From the human T2T-CHM13v2.0 reference genome, Homo sapiens: DNA of 64,000 bases. Under the pieces are notes generated by a model that was not told the origin of the DNA, did not search any database, and saw only the letters and a program-made list of their open reading frames with translations. Within the stretch, counting starts at the first letter, position 1. Every line of letters begins with the position of its first letter. Shown one piece after another: positions 39,875 through 58,622 of this stretch. Location: the NCBI RefSeq assembly GCF_009914755.1, contig NC_060926.1. The stretch is one strand, 5' to 3'. The position numbers and the translations under genes are program-made.

Positions 39875-42309
39875 GTCTATATCCCTTCATATCCATGGAA
39901 GGAATAAGTATTTGAGTGAGAAAGACAAAGTCAGACCATGTCACAAAGAGCCTTTCTGCCTTACATTATATTTCTATATATCAATATCATCACCTTTTTT
40001 TCATTTTATTTATTGAGCAATTTGTGAAGTGATAAGTTTTGGTTCTCAACAGCTTCGGTTAGAGTAAAACAAAGTTATCTAAAAATCTCCACAGTGTAAA
40101 TTAAATTATATAATCATAAAGGAAAATTGTATGACTTTCCTTAGTGAGTGTAACTTTCTCTTAACAGTGTGAACTAAATCTAGGATCAATACGTTGTTCT
40201 AGAATCTATTGTTTCTAAATTATGTTTTCTCCATGTGCTGCTATACATCTCACTTTTACCCTGCTTTCTTAAAAGATCATGCCAATAATGTATTCATTGC
40301 CTTGTGGTATAAACTTATTTAAAGTAACTTCTTACAAAATAACCTTTTTCTTATATTAAAACTGTTGTGATAATGTGTCTAAATTATATAAGTGCTAAAG
40401 GTTGGTTACTTTCTGATTGCAGAAAATCTTCCCTGAGCAAAAATTATTTTACCTTTAAATAAACACATTTATTTTCCCTAATAGAGTATAATAATGATAG
40501 TAGAAAAGCAAATTTAGTTATTTGTTTTTGTTGAAAAATGGACTAAATTTTAATGATTCAATAAGTTGGCCTAATCATTCTTAATATAACTGTACAATAA
40601 AAGATCAGTTCAGAATCTTCTGACATTTTACAAAATGCAGCAGATGTTCTTAGTCTAATAACGCTCTTGTGCCCAAGAATCAACATTATTGTTTCTACTG
40701 TGGCAGAAAGCTTCTTCCAAGAATAGAGGTATCCGGAAGAACTCTCTTTAAAATAGACTTTTAATTTTAGGTCATATTGGGAAGAAGGTAAAGAAATGTA
40801 ATGGCTGAGGAAAGCAGTTTAAGAATAATTTTATTTTTAGAACTTTAAAGAAAAACATGTTTATTCTTTACTCATGTGACTGATTATTATTATTGATCTT
40901 AAGTTGGCCAGGTTAGTTAATGAGAGATTATTATAAACCTCAAAGAAGTTTTCCTAGACTCTGTTGAGTGTGCTGTTTGGCAAATTATTTTTCATTGTAT
41001 TTCAGTACAGGAGAGGCTGGAGCACCATAGGAAAGAGGCAGAGCCACGAGCAGCCGGCAAGCAGGCTACCCAACACTAGACAACTTTGGTTCAGTTTAAA
41101 GGTGGCTTGTGCTTGTACTGCTTTGTGCATTGTGCCCAAACTAAGATTAGAGTGTCCTAAAGTATACAAAGGGGTGAAGCCTATCCCACCTTCTGATGTA
41201 AAATTAAAAATTGTAACATATTTGGGGAACTATATGTGCTCTCCTACATTACCAAGTCCTTTCAGAGACAGGATAGGTAAGAACAAATATTTGTCTCCTT
41301 AAATCTAAAGAGATTTAGGGTACACATAAGAACTTAAGGATCTAGATAGAACATTTAAAATACAAAATGTTGGACACAGTTATTAAATATAGAAAAATTA
41401 ACAAGAACATTGCTGAAACATTGATGATTGACAAATCAAGGTGAAAAATTTCTTTGGGGTCAACCATAGTGATTAAATTGGACATAGTATTGGAGGTAAA
41501 ACTATGTGAAAAGATGTGAAGGGGTAGAAAATCAGGAAGTATGGGAGTAAACTTCTAATATGGAGATGGAGAAGGTGTGCAGAAAGACATAAGTAGCAAG
41601 GAAATCATTCCGAAGGAGAGAAGAGATCCCATCCTCAGTATTTTCACTTGTACCAACAGTTAAGTGTTTGCAGCTAACACATCCCCAGAAAAGGGTAGTT
41701 TACTAATATGGTACTTTTCCATATATAAAAACATATGTTTATTTATATAAATATATATGAATTCAACGAATATATTTTATATATAAAATATACTTATATT
41801 TAAAATATTTTTAAATATAGACTATATACTCAACAAGTAAATATTTAACCTCATGACCATTTGTGATATTATTAGCAATAGTACAAAAATATGAATAAAC
41901 TAAGTGTCTAGGAATAAAAATATATTACAGCATATGCAATCAGTAAACTATTAGGCTAGTAACACAAGTGATGTTTACATATGATAATGAACATAATTAT
42001 GGCATATAATTTAGAAAGTCACAATATTGAAGTGGTTGTGTTTAGACATCAAATCAGTATTTTTTTTTGTTTGAGGGTATGTATCCAATTATTCTGACAA
42101 ATTTACTTAATACATAATAGTAATGGAACAACATAACAAAAGTAATACGGGTTTCATTAAAGTATCCTAGTTAAACTAACTCTAGGAGTTGGTCCAAATA
42201 GCCTTCCAAATCTCAGAGTTTTAATATGATAGGAATTTGTTGCAATTTTAGACTATTAAGACTACTTTCAGCAGTAAATACTGTCATTTATAGTAGTGAG
42301 AGTAAGCAA

Positions 42310-42520
42310 GACCATCATGTATTCAGAGCCTAACATATCATAAGTGTTATATATATTCCATTTCCAATCTCATGAAGTCATGTTGATATACATTATTATA
42401 TTTCCTTTACAATTGTGGAAACTAAGAGTTGGAAAACTTAAGTAATCACTCAAGATCACACTGCAAATAAATAGTAAAGCCTGGATTCTAGTCTATATTT
42501 GTGTGATGTCAAGTTCAATC
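42310..42520 (-). mobile_element. MIR SINE
   Basis: 'attattatatttcctttacaattgtggaaactaagagttggaaaacttaagtaatcactcaagatcacactgc'. Confidence 0.6.
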
Positions 42521-44639
42521 CCCTATCCCTCTGAAATCATTGCTGCAGTTTTCACCTATTCATGCAAAAGTCAATGTCTTCATGTTGAAGAAACTCTAAG
42601 TGGCATTACCCAAGGCTTTATTCATGAGGCTTTTCACAAAGAAGGCAATCTGTTTTTACTTGGGCCAGTGTTGGAAATTGTTTTCATACCACTTTAACTT
42701 CCTACCATGGGGAGGCCTCATCTGATTAGCAATCACCATCCCTTGATTTACAATAGCCATTAGTTGGGGCTAGTCACTTCTACAGGAACTGACTTCCAAT
42801 AAAGTGATTTGTCCATGGTCGAGTGTAATTATATTCCAGTTGGTTCAGGGAGGGAGTGTCCCACTGCTCGGACATTTGTTTTATTATCAGCCTTGATTTG
42901 AGCTTTAATTAAATAATAATTTATTCAGTATCTCCTTCAAAGAAGCCTGCTGTGATTAATCCTCATACGTCACTTCAAGTGTCTGCACGTACTGTGGAAA
43001 CTCAATAAATAATGCTGACTAACTTCATGCCTGTCAAAAACAGAAATATTGTTAAGGCAGATACGTTGGAAAGAAATCCAGTGGCACAATAGGTAAAATT
43101 GAGTGAGTTGACCTTTCATTGGTTAATACAGTGACATAGCTAGGCATCATATAAGAGGCATCAGTTCAAAGCCATGTAATATCAGAAACAGCTGCATAAA
43201 TTCAACTGCTATGCCCACTGGCTTATTTCACTTGTCATTGTAAAGATCAGCTGTGGCATTTTTGCATTATGCTGCCATTTGACATAGCAGGCCTCCCTGG
43301 GGGGCAGTTGCATGGTGACCCTAAGCTTAAGCCCCATCAGCCATTGCAAGATAGCACCACTCCTAGACAGGCAGCTCTGAGCAGGAAATGACAGATGCAT
43401 GCTGTTATCATTAATAACACCAAGCTGTTTATTTCTAGGGAAAGGAGATAAGATGCATCTACAGAAGAAGGAGTTCACTAGCTCTGCACACACCATCTGC
43501 ATTCTACAGATAAGAATATTAAGTACCCAATTGTAAATAAAATATAAATAAAACAAATGAGGTAGTTAGAACACATACACACTATACATACAAAGGCACA
43601 AAGTATTACCATTGTAATTAAGAAGTCTAAATGGCTATAAATATTTTAGAAGGAACTTATTACATCAATGGGTCAAATAGATAAAGAGCCTGTAATCTGT
43701 TACTAGAATTATTCTTAATTGCATATAAAACAAATAAAATGGATCAATACCAAGGCCATCTCTTAGTATTACCTCTGGTTCATTTGCTTCTGAGGGATGA
43801 AGCTCTCCCATTTTTATTCCAAAGTTTTCCCTTATATTCTTTCTTAGCCAAAGACATCTATGATTCCTTTTCTCATAAACACACATCTCATCTGATTTTC
43901 TTTGAAGTCAGTTATCAGTGTTATGTAGTCACAGTGTTTCATGAGCTCCTGGGCAATGAGACTAGAGAAATGAAGAGCAACATTAAAGTCCTTTCTTACG
44001 TGAGGCTAGAGATTCTTGAAAAGTCGGGGAATCCCAAGCCTTATTCTTGTCTGTTTCTGTGCCTTTTCTTGTAATGATGGCCTGCCATACTGTATTCAGA
44101 ACCTGTCCAATTTTTGAGTCCTACCTCTAAGCCTCTGACTGGTGATTGAGTTCTGGTTACCTGCAGTGAGAATTGACTGGCTCCGGAACCTGACCGTCTT
44201 TGTGGGCTTCTGTGTCTAACTTGCATAGACAGTAACATTTTCATATTCCAGTAGCTGACAGAGCATCCTTAGGACCTAACTAACACCTTATGTGCTACAG
44301 AAAGCTTACCTGTCCCAGATACTGTTATCAATTGCCACTGCTTCCCAATAATATGTTCTGCCTTCTGTATGTTATTTTCTTTCAGAAAATAAGTAAGGCC
44401 TCTGCCCACCTGGATAACATTTATAAGCCTTTAAAAAATTTGTCTGTCATTGCAATGCTGTGGAGATCACTGTGAACTACAGAGAGGCTAACCAGGACCT
44501 ATGATATAACCGTGTCCTGCTCTGTTCCTACCATGTACTCAAGCTTCACAACACAAGGGGCTGTGACTAAGATGAGTGTTTGTAGTCTATAAACATTAGT
44601 AGATAATATTTTACAAGTTAATGGAATTCTCTAAAAGTT

Positions 44640-45210
44640 TGTCTTTACCATTCTTCTCCCTTTTGTTTTTGGTAAAAGGTAATTCTATTGCACCAGTTCT
44701 TCAAGCCAAAAACCCAGTATTATTTTTGAGTCCTTCCCTTCTCTCTGAACAACATCAAAACCATCAGCAAATCCTGTCAGCTTTACCCTCAAAATGTGTC
44801 CTCCATCTGCCAACCCTTCGCTATCTTCTCTGCTGCCATCCCAGTCCAAAACCCCACCATTACTTTGAGGGACTGTTGGCAGGAAAACACATCTCTGTTT
44901 CTAACCTGGCCATCCTACAATCTATTCTCATCATATTTTCTCGCACTATGCTTTTAAAACATAAATCAGATTATAGCAGTTTATTTGCTCAAAACTATTT
45001 TCAAACCTTGATCTTATTCAAAGACACTATCATGGTCTCAAACACTCTAATATATCTGGCCCCTGCCTACCTTTCTGACATCACTCATGGGGACCTCATT
45101 TCTCCTTGCCATCCTTCTCAGTCTGGCTTCCCATGCCAGGTACCCTCCCCCCATCTCAGGGCTTTTACATATTTTGTCCTCTCTGCCTGGAAACTCTCCA
45201 CCAGGGGTAT
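44640..45210 (+). mobile_element. L2a ORF2 C-terminal fragment
   Basis: 'ccagttcttcaagccaaaaaccc', 'catcagcaaatcctgtcagctttaccctcaaaat', 'ctggcccctgcctacctttc', 'cccatctcagggcttttacat'. Confidence 0.75.
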
Positions 45211-45224
45211 GTTCTTGGATCACT

Positions 45225-48200
45225 TTTTAAAAAATAATTTTGTTTATTGTGATAAAATACACAGAATGTGAACGTTGGCATTCTAACCATTTAGAAGTGT
45301 ACAACTGAGTGGCAATAAGCACATTCACAGTATCATGCAACTGTCACCATTTACCTGTTTTCAAAACGACTTCATCATTTCAAGCAGAGACTTTGTGCAA
45401 ATTAAACAGATATTTTCCTCTTCTCCTCAGGGTCTCATAATCTCTACTGCTTTCTGTCTCTATGACTTTACCTCTTCTAAATATGTACTTCATATAAGTG
45501 GAGTCATACAATATTGAACATTTCATGCCTGGTTTATTTCACTTAGCAAATGTTTTCAAGGTTGTCCATATTATTGCATGTAACAGAATTTCATTTTAAG
45601 GCTGAATAGTATTCCACTGTATGAATATACCACATCTAATTCATCCATTTATCTGTTGATGGACATCTGACTCTTTCCAACTTTTAGCTATTGTGAATAT
45701 TGTTGCCATGAATATAGGCATTCACATTCTTTGCTTTCAACTCATTTGGGTATATATGTAGAAGTGGAATTGCTAAATTATATGGTAATTCTAAATTTAT
45801 CTTATTGATAAACAACTAAATTGATTTTTACAACAACTTCACAAGAGTTCCAATTTTTCCAAATCCTCACTAACACTTGTTATTTTCCATTGTGTTCATA
45901 ATAGCCATGTTAACGAGTGTGTTATAGTCTCCCATTATGGTCTTTATGTGCATTTCGCTAATGACCAGTGATGTTGATCTCTCCTAATGTGCTTATTGGT
46001 CATTTGTATATCTTCTATATAAACACATTAAAACAGTTGTCAATTTTTAATTTTGGTTGTTTGTTATTTTGTTGTTGAATTGTAAGAGTTTTAATATAGT
46101 CTAGATCAAGCTTGTCCAACCCATGGCCTGCAGGCCACATGTGGCCCAGGATGGGTTTGAATGTGCCCCAACACAAATTCCTGAACTTTCTTAAAACATT
46201 GTGAGATTTATGCATGGGCCTTTTTAGTTTTTGTTTTTTAGGTCACCAGCTATCACTAGAGTTAGTGTCTTTTATGTGCAGCCCAAAACAATTCTTCTTC
46301 TGGTGTGGCCCAGGGAAGCCAGAAGATTAAACACTTATGGTCTAAATAATAATTCTTATTTTATACATAATTTGAAATATTTTCTCCAATTCCATGGATT
46401 GTTTTCTCCCGCATTTTGATCGTGTTCTTTGACATACAAAAGTTTTAATTTTGGTAAAGTCCAATTTACATATTTTTACATTAATTGTCTGTGCTTTTGA
46501 TGTCACATCCAGGAAATTTTTGCCAAGTCCAATGTCATGAACATTTTTCCCTTTGTTTTTTCCTAAGAATGTTATATTTTCAGTTTTTACTTTTAGTCTT
46601 TGATTTCCTGTTATGTTTTGTATATGCCTTTGGGTAAGGATCAAAATTTATTCTTTTACATAAGGATATATAATTTTGTTTCATTTTGTTTTTAACATCA
46701 TTTGTTGAAAAGACTACAGTTTCTGCCTTGGATGGTCTTCTCACCCTTGTCAAAAATTATTTGACCATGTATGTGAGGGTTTATTTCTGGGGTCTCTATT
46801 TTATTCTATGAGTATTCATGACTTTTCTTATCCTAGTACCACACTGCATTGACTACTATAGCCTTGTAATAAGTTTTGGCATTTGCAAGTATGATTTATT
46901 TTAATTCGTTATTTTTTTCCAGATTGTTTTGGCTACTTTGGGTTCCTTGAGATTTTGTATGAATTTTACAATGTTTTTATGTTTTTCTACACAAAATGCT
47001 TTTGGAATTTTAGTAAGGATTACATTGAATCTGTAGATTATTAGGGCTAATAGTTTTATGGTAACAGTTTTAAGTCATCCAATCTAAATACAAAATATCT
47101 TTCCATTTACTTATATCTTCTTTAATTTCTTTCAGAAATTGTGGTTTTCAGTGTGCAAGTCTTTCACATCCTTCATTAAATGTATTCCTTAGTATTTTAT
47201 TCTTTTTGTGGTATTGTAAATGGAATTAATATCTTCATTTTCTTTTCAGATTGTTTCTTGGCAGTGTTTAGAAAGATAACTGATTTTTGTGTTTACATTT
47301 TATACCCTGAAATTTTGCTGAACCTTTTTATTAGCTCCAAAAGTTTATTTTTTTTTAGTTGTGTGTGTGTGTACTTTTATAAAATCTTTAGTGTTTTGTG
47401 CATATGAGAGCAGGCCATCTGTGAACAGGGATGATTATATTTCTTTATTTCTAATTCAAATGCCTTTTTTTCTTCCTCTTTCTTTCCTTCTGTAATTCTT
47501 TTTCTTCCCCCTAATGGCCAAAGCTAGAAATTCTAACACTATGTTGAACAGAAGTGTGAAAGTGGGCATATTTGTCTTGTTATTGAACCTGAGGAAAAGT
47601 TTCACTCTTCATTATGCATGATGTTAGCTGTCAGTTTTTTATGTGTAGTCTTTATCATGTTAGGTATTTCCTTATAATTTTACATTGTTGGATGATTTTT
47701 TGTTGGTATTATGAGTGTTGAATTTTGTTAAATATTTTTTCTTCATGAATTGAGAATGCCATGCAGGATTTTTTTCCCTTCATTTCATTAATGTGACGTA
47801 TTACCTCACTTAGTTTTCATTTATCAAATTATCCTTGTATTATAGAAACAAATCCCACTTGACCAAGGTTCATAATTTTAAAAAATGCAAACGAATTTGG
47901 TGTATTAATATTTTGTTGAGAATTTTGCATCAATAATCAATAAAATCCTTCTGTAGTTTTCTTGTAATGATGTCTTTGTCTGGTTTTGATATCAATGTAT
48001 TTCTGGCTTCATGGAATTAGTTATAAAGTGTTCCATCCCGTTGAATTTTTTGGAAGAGTTTGAGAAAGATTTACGCTAATTCATTAAATGTTTGGTAGAA
48101 TTCACGAGTGAAGCTATTTGGTCCAAAGGTTTCCTTTATTGAATTTTTTTTTAATTTCAATTCAAATGTCTTAGTAATTGTAGGTCTATTTAGATTTTCT

Positions 48201-49830
48201 ACTTCATGATTTGATTTGGTAGACTATGTTTTGCTAGGAATTTGTCTGTTTCATTTGGATTCTCCAATTTGTTGGAGTAAAATATACTATAAGTGTATAA
48301 TCTTAAAATGCTTCTTATTTCTGTAAGGTCAGAAATAATGTATTTACTATTATTTCTGATTTTAGAATTTGAATCTTTTTTTCTTTTTTCTTAGTCAATT
48401 TAGCTAAAGGTTTCTCCATATTGTTGATTTTTTCAGAGAACCAAATTTTGGTTTTGTTAAATTTTTCTATTGTTTTTATAATCTCGATTTCACTTATCTT
48501 TGGTCTGTTTTTCATTATGCTCTTTCTTCTGCTAGCTTTACATTTAGTTTGCTTTCTTTTTTTGCTTGTATATATTTCAGAATGTCATAATTTCACCCTC
48601 AATTTTGAAGAACAATTTTGTTAGATATATAATTCTCAGTTACAATTTTATTTTTATTTCCGTTATTTAAATATATGATCTCACTTTCTTCCTGCCTCCA
48701 AGGTTTCTGATAAGAAATTAGCTGATAATGTTACTGATAATTCTCTTTGTCTTTGGCATTCAGCAGTTTGATTATAATGTGTCTTCATGTATCTTTGAGT
48801 TTATTCTACTTTGAGTTTGTTGAGATTTTTGAATTTGTAGACTCATGTCCTTCACAACATTTGGAAATATTTTAGTCATTATTACTTCAAATATTTCTCT
48901 GTCCCGTTATCTCTCACATTTCCTTCTAAGATTCTCACAGTGCATATATTGGTCTGCTCTATGGAATCCCACGAGTCCCTCAGGCTCTCTTCATTTTTAT
49001 TCATATCTTTTTTTCTGTTTATCAGACTTTGTAATTTCAATTGTCTTATATTAATGTCTGCTTGCTTAAATCTGTTGAACTCCTCTTATTTATTTTCTAT
49101 TATAGTTATTGTACTTTCAAGCTTCAGAATTTCTTTTTGGCTTTTTAAAAATAATCCAGTAGAAACACTGGAGATTATATTCTCCCTGTTCCCTGAGTTT
49201 GCTGTTTTTTTCTGATTGCTTTAGGATATCTCTCTGCCAGTATCAGCCTGAGATGAAAGGTTAAAATCTTCACAGGTTCTTTCTTAAGGGTTTGTGTTTT
49301 CCTCAGCGCACACTATGGTTTTCTAAAACATCTGCATGCATTGGCCTTTTAAAAAACATACGGACTAAAACAGATGTGACCTCTTGAAAAACCAAGGAAG
49401 CCATTGTGGGTTGATACAATGACAGAGAACTTCTGCATTTTTACAACAATGATCAGAAACAGAAATCTCCAATCAGAACCCAGAATTGTGATATTTGTAT
49501 GACAAAGTTCTTCTTGTCCATTCTGGCTCAAGCAAACCAAACCAGAAATGTGGCTATCTCCACAGCTGCCTGCCACTGGGCTGTGGGGTAAGGGATGGGT
49601 GGTTACTACCATACTGGAGGCTAAGATTGAGCAATATAAAACATAATTTCTCATCCAAGCTATTCTTTTGGAAGCTGCAAGCATTCAAATAGACTCTGGA
49701 GTTCCAAAACTGTTATAATACTTGAGACAGTGTCTCCCTGTCTGAATCTTTTATTTATTTATATTTTACATTCCATGGGGGAATAGGAACTTGGAGATTC
49801 CTAGTCTTCCATTTTTCTCTGCTCACTTTT
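45225..49830 (-). mobile_element. L1MB-type LINE-1 (3' end to RT, then ORF1/5' remnants after an internal gap), interrupted by MER30
   Basis: 3' end 'gtgtacaactgagtggcaataagcacattcacagtatcatgcaac'; KTIEKFNKTKIWFSEKINNMEKPLAKLTKKK (48315-48515, -); ORF1-type 'tttctgataagaaattagctgataat' at ~48700. Confidence 0.8.
46107..46339. mobile_element. MER30 (MER30B-like) hAT-Charlie non-autonomous element
   Basis: 'caagcttgtccaaccc...gtggcccagggaagccagaagattaaacac'; 8-bp TSD GTCTAGAT (46099-46106) / GTCTAAAT (46340-46347). Confidence 0.88.
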
Positions 49831-50009
49831 GAATTTGTTCAGATATATGATCGACTGTCATCATATTAGGGAGATATTGCCTAAAAATTATTTATAAAAT
49901 GATAACACATACTCTCCCTGGGCACACATGCTTTTACACAGCTTTATTTTTCTTTCTCAGACTAGCCCTTTTTTGCATATTTATCTGTTTAGGTGTTTAT
50001 TGTTGCAAC

Positions 50010-56125
<6,116 letters not shown>

Positions 56126-56599
56126 TGCAAGTTTTTCAAAAATGACAGTTTCGTGTACCCTATTTTATCCAATCTTTCTTTTAACACCACATATTAAAGT
56201 ACCACAAGGATATTTGACTCACCTCAGGTGCTCAGGAAAGATTTACTGTATGAAGGTCACTGTTCTCATAGGACATACGACCTTGCTTTTTTGAACCATA
56301 TATGTTCAGGTAAAATAAGTTATTTTTCCTTTTATTTCTCCATTTGGGAGATACTATTTTCACTCATTGTATTTCAGCTTTTTTGCCTGTGTAATGATGG
56401 GTAAGTTTAATTTGGGGAAATAGGAGACAGAGTTTAAGATGTCTTTTAAAATGTATCATTGTGGAAATTATCACTTCTTGTTCATCAGTGAGGAAAGCTG
56501 ATATTTAAGCCTCATTTGACTTAATGAAGCTTATCATCCTAAATTCACAATAAATGCATACTAAGCCAGAAGACATTAGAAAACCCCCAAAATAATAAG

Positions 56600-58620
56600 G
56601 AAGAATCTGTTGATTCACATAGACATTCAGTATTGTTTGGTAATGCTAACCAATGTAATTAGAGAAGAAAGGAAATGAGGTCTAAATGTTAATAAGAGAT
56701 AGTTATCATTATTAATTGCTATTGTTATAATTGTCATCTATAATATCCAAGACAATAAACTATAACCCATTAGAACTAATGAGCATTTAATAAATTGCTG
56801 GGATATAAAACAAATTACAACCAAATGTTCTCTTACTGAAATAACCAATTAGAATTTTTAACTTCAAGAAGACACAGTTTGTAGTAAATTTAAAATTATT
56901 AGTGTTAACAAATGTGGCAAATTGCCTAAGAATAAATTAAAAAGAAAGTTCAAGGAACTACTAAACACTAAACACAATAAATGGGAAAATGATCTTTCTA
57001 TATGAGAAGACTAAATATTAAAATATTAAGAATATTAAGAATTCCAAAATAAATTTATGCAATTCACATTAAAATCTTTGTAGTATTCACTTATGAAATT
57101 TGTGTGATTATCTATGTAAGAATATTGAAGTTTTCTTAAGGAAAGAATAATAAAGACAATGGCTGTGCAAAATATTAAAACACAATATAAAGCTACATTG
57201 ATTACAATTGTGGGATATTATTGGGGGAACCCGCCCCCAATATTTCAAGGTAGGTTCTTTCTATTTTCCATAAGTGTCAGCTGGCTGAGAAATAAAGAGA
57301 AAGAGTACAAAGAGAGGAATTTTACAGCTGGGCCGCCAGGGGTGACGTCACATATTGGTAGGACTGTGATGCCCACCTGAGCCTTAAACCAGCAAGTTTT
57401 TAATAAGGGTTTGAAAAGGGGAAGGGGTGTATGAACAGGGAGTAGGTCACATGCTTCAAGGGGCAAAAAGCAGAACAAAGATCACATGCTTCTGAGGAAA
57501 CAGGACAAAGGCAAAATCAGAACTCCTGATAAGGGTCTATGTTCAGCAGTGCACATATTGTCTTGATAAACATCTTAACAGAAAACAGGTTTTGAGAGCA
57601 GAGAACTGGTCTGACCAAAAATTTACCAGGGAGGAGTTTCCATCCTAGTAAGCCTGAGTGTACTGCAGGAGACCAGGGTGTATCTCAGTCCTTATCTCAA
57701 CCACATAGGACAGACATTCCCAGAGCGGCTGTTTATAGACCTCCCCCCAGGAATGCATTCCTTTCCCAGGGTCTTAATATTAATATTCCTTGCTAGGAAA
57801 ATAACTTAGTGATATCTCTCCTACTTGCACGTCCATTTATGGGCTCTCTGCAAGAAGAAAAATATGGCTCTTTCTGCCCGACCCTGCAGGCAGTCAGACC
57901 TTATGGTTGTCTTCCCTCGTTCCCTAAAAAGTGCTGTTATTCTGTTCTTTTTCAAGGTGCACTGATTTCATATTGTTCAAATACACATCTTTTCCAATCA
58001 ATTTGTACAGTTAACACAATTATCATAGTGGTCCTGAGGTGACATACATCCTCAGCTTACGAAGATAACAGGATTAAGAGATAAAAGTAAGACAGGCATA
58101 AGAAATTATAAAAATATTATTTGGGAGCTGATAAATGTTCATGAAATCTTCACAATTTATGTTCCTCTGCCGTGGCTCCAGCTGGTCCCTCCATTCAGGG
58201 TCCCTGACTTCCCACAACAGGATATTGCTTAAAAATTGACAATTACATCAATACACAAACCAGAGAGTAGAAAATATGTAGATTTGGTTACATAATAATG
58301 GTGGCATTTGTATTTATTGGCAAATAAATGGAATTTTCAGTATGTATATTTGGAATATTTAGCTAAAAATTCAGAAAAAAATTAAATCCCTACTTTACAC
58401 CATATTCCAAAAAAAATGGCAGATGGGTTAAAAATCTAATGTTAGAAACAGAAGTATAAAACATGAAAAATTTTGTATATTGCATTGAGTTTTAGAACAA
58501 GTAAGGCCTTAGCAAGAAATAAAAAAATTCAAAAGCAATAAAGATAATATTAGGATATTTGACTATATGAAAAACTAAAAGAGCTCAGTCACACAACACA
58601 TCATAAATAAAATGAAAAGG
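56600..58620 (+). mobile_element. Old L1M ORF2 fragments split by MER11
   Basis: 'ataaagctacattgattacaattgtgggatat|MER11|tgcttaaaaattgac' rejoins YKATLITIVGY(W); 'aaatccctactttacaccatattccaaaa...agatgggttaaaaatctaatgt'. Confidence 0.55.
57219..58219 (-). mobile_element. MER11 solo LTR (HERV-K HML-8)
   Basis: Reverse complement starts TGTTGTGGGAAGTCAGGGACCCTGAATGGAGGGACCAGCTGGAGCC and ends GGGTTCCCCCAATA; perfect 6-bp TSD GGATAT at 57213-57218 and 58220-58225. Confidence 0.92.
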
Positions 58621-58622
58621 TA

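Noticed and set aside
41771-41792. 22-bp perfect palindrome tatattttatatataaaatata
   Set aside because: Lies in pure AT low-complexity sequence, where such palindromes arise readily by chance
43288-43310. CTCF site at 'ggcctccctggggggcag'
   Set aside because: Mismatches at core CCASYAG positions on both strands; not supportable without ChIP data
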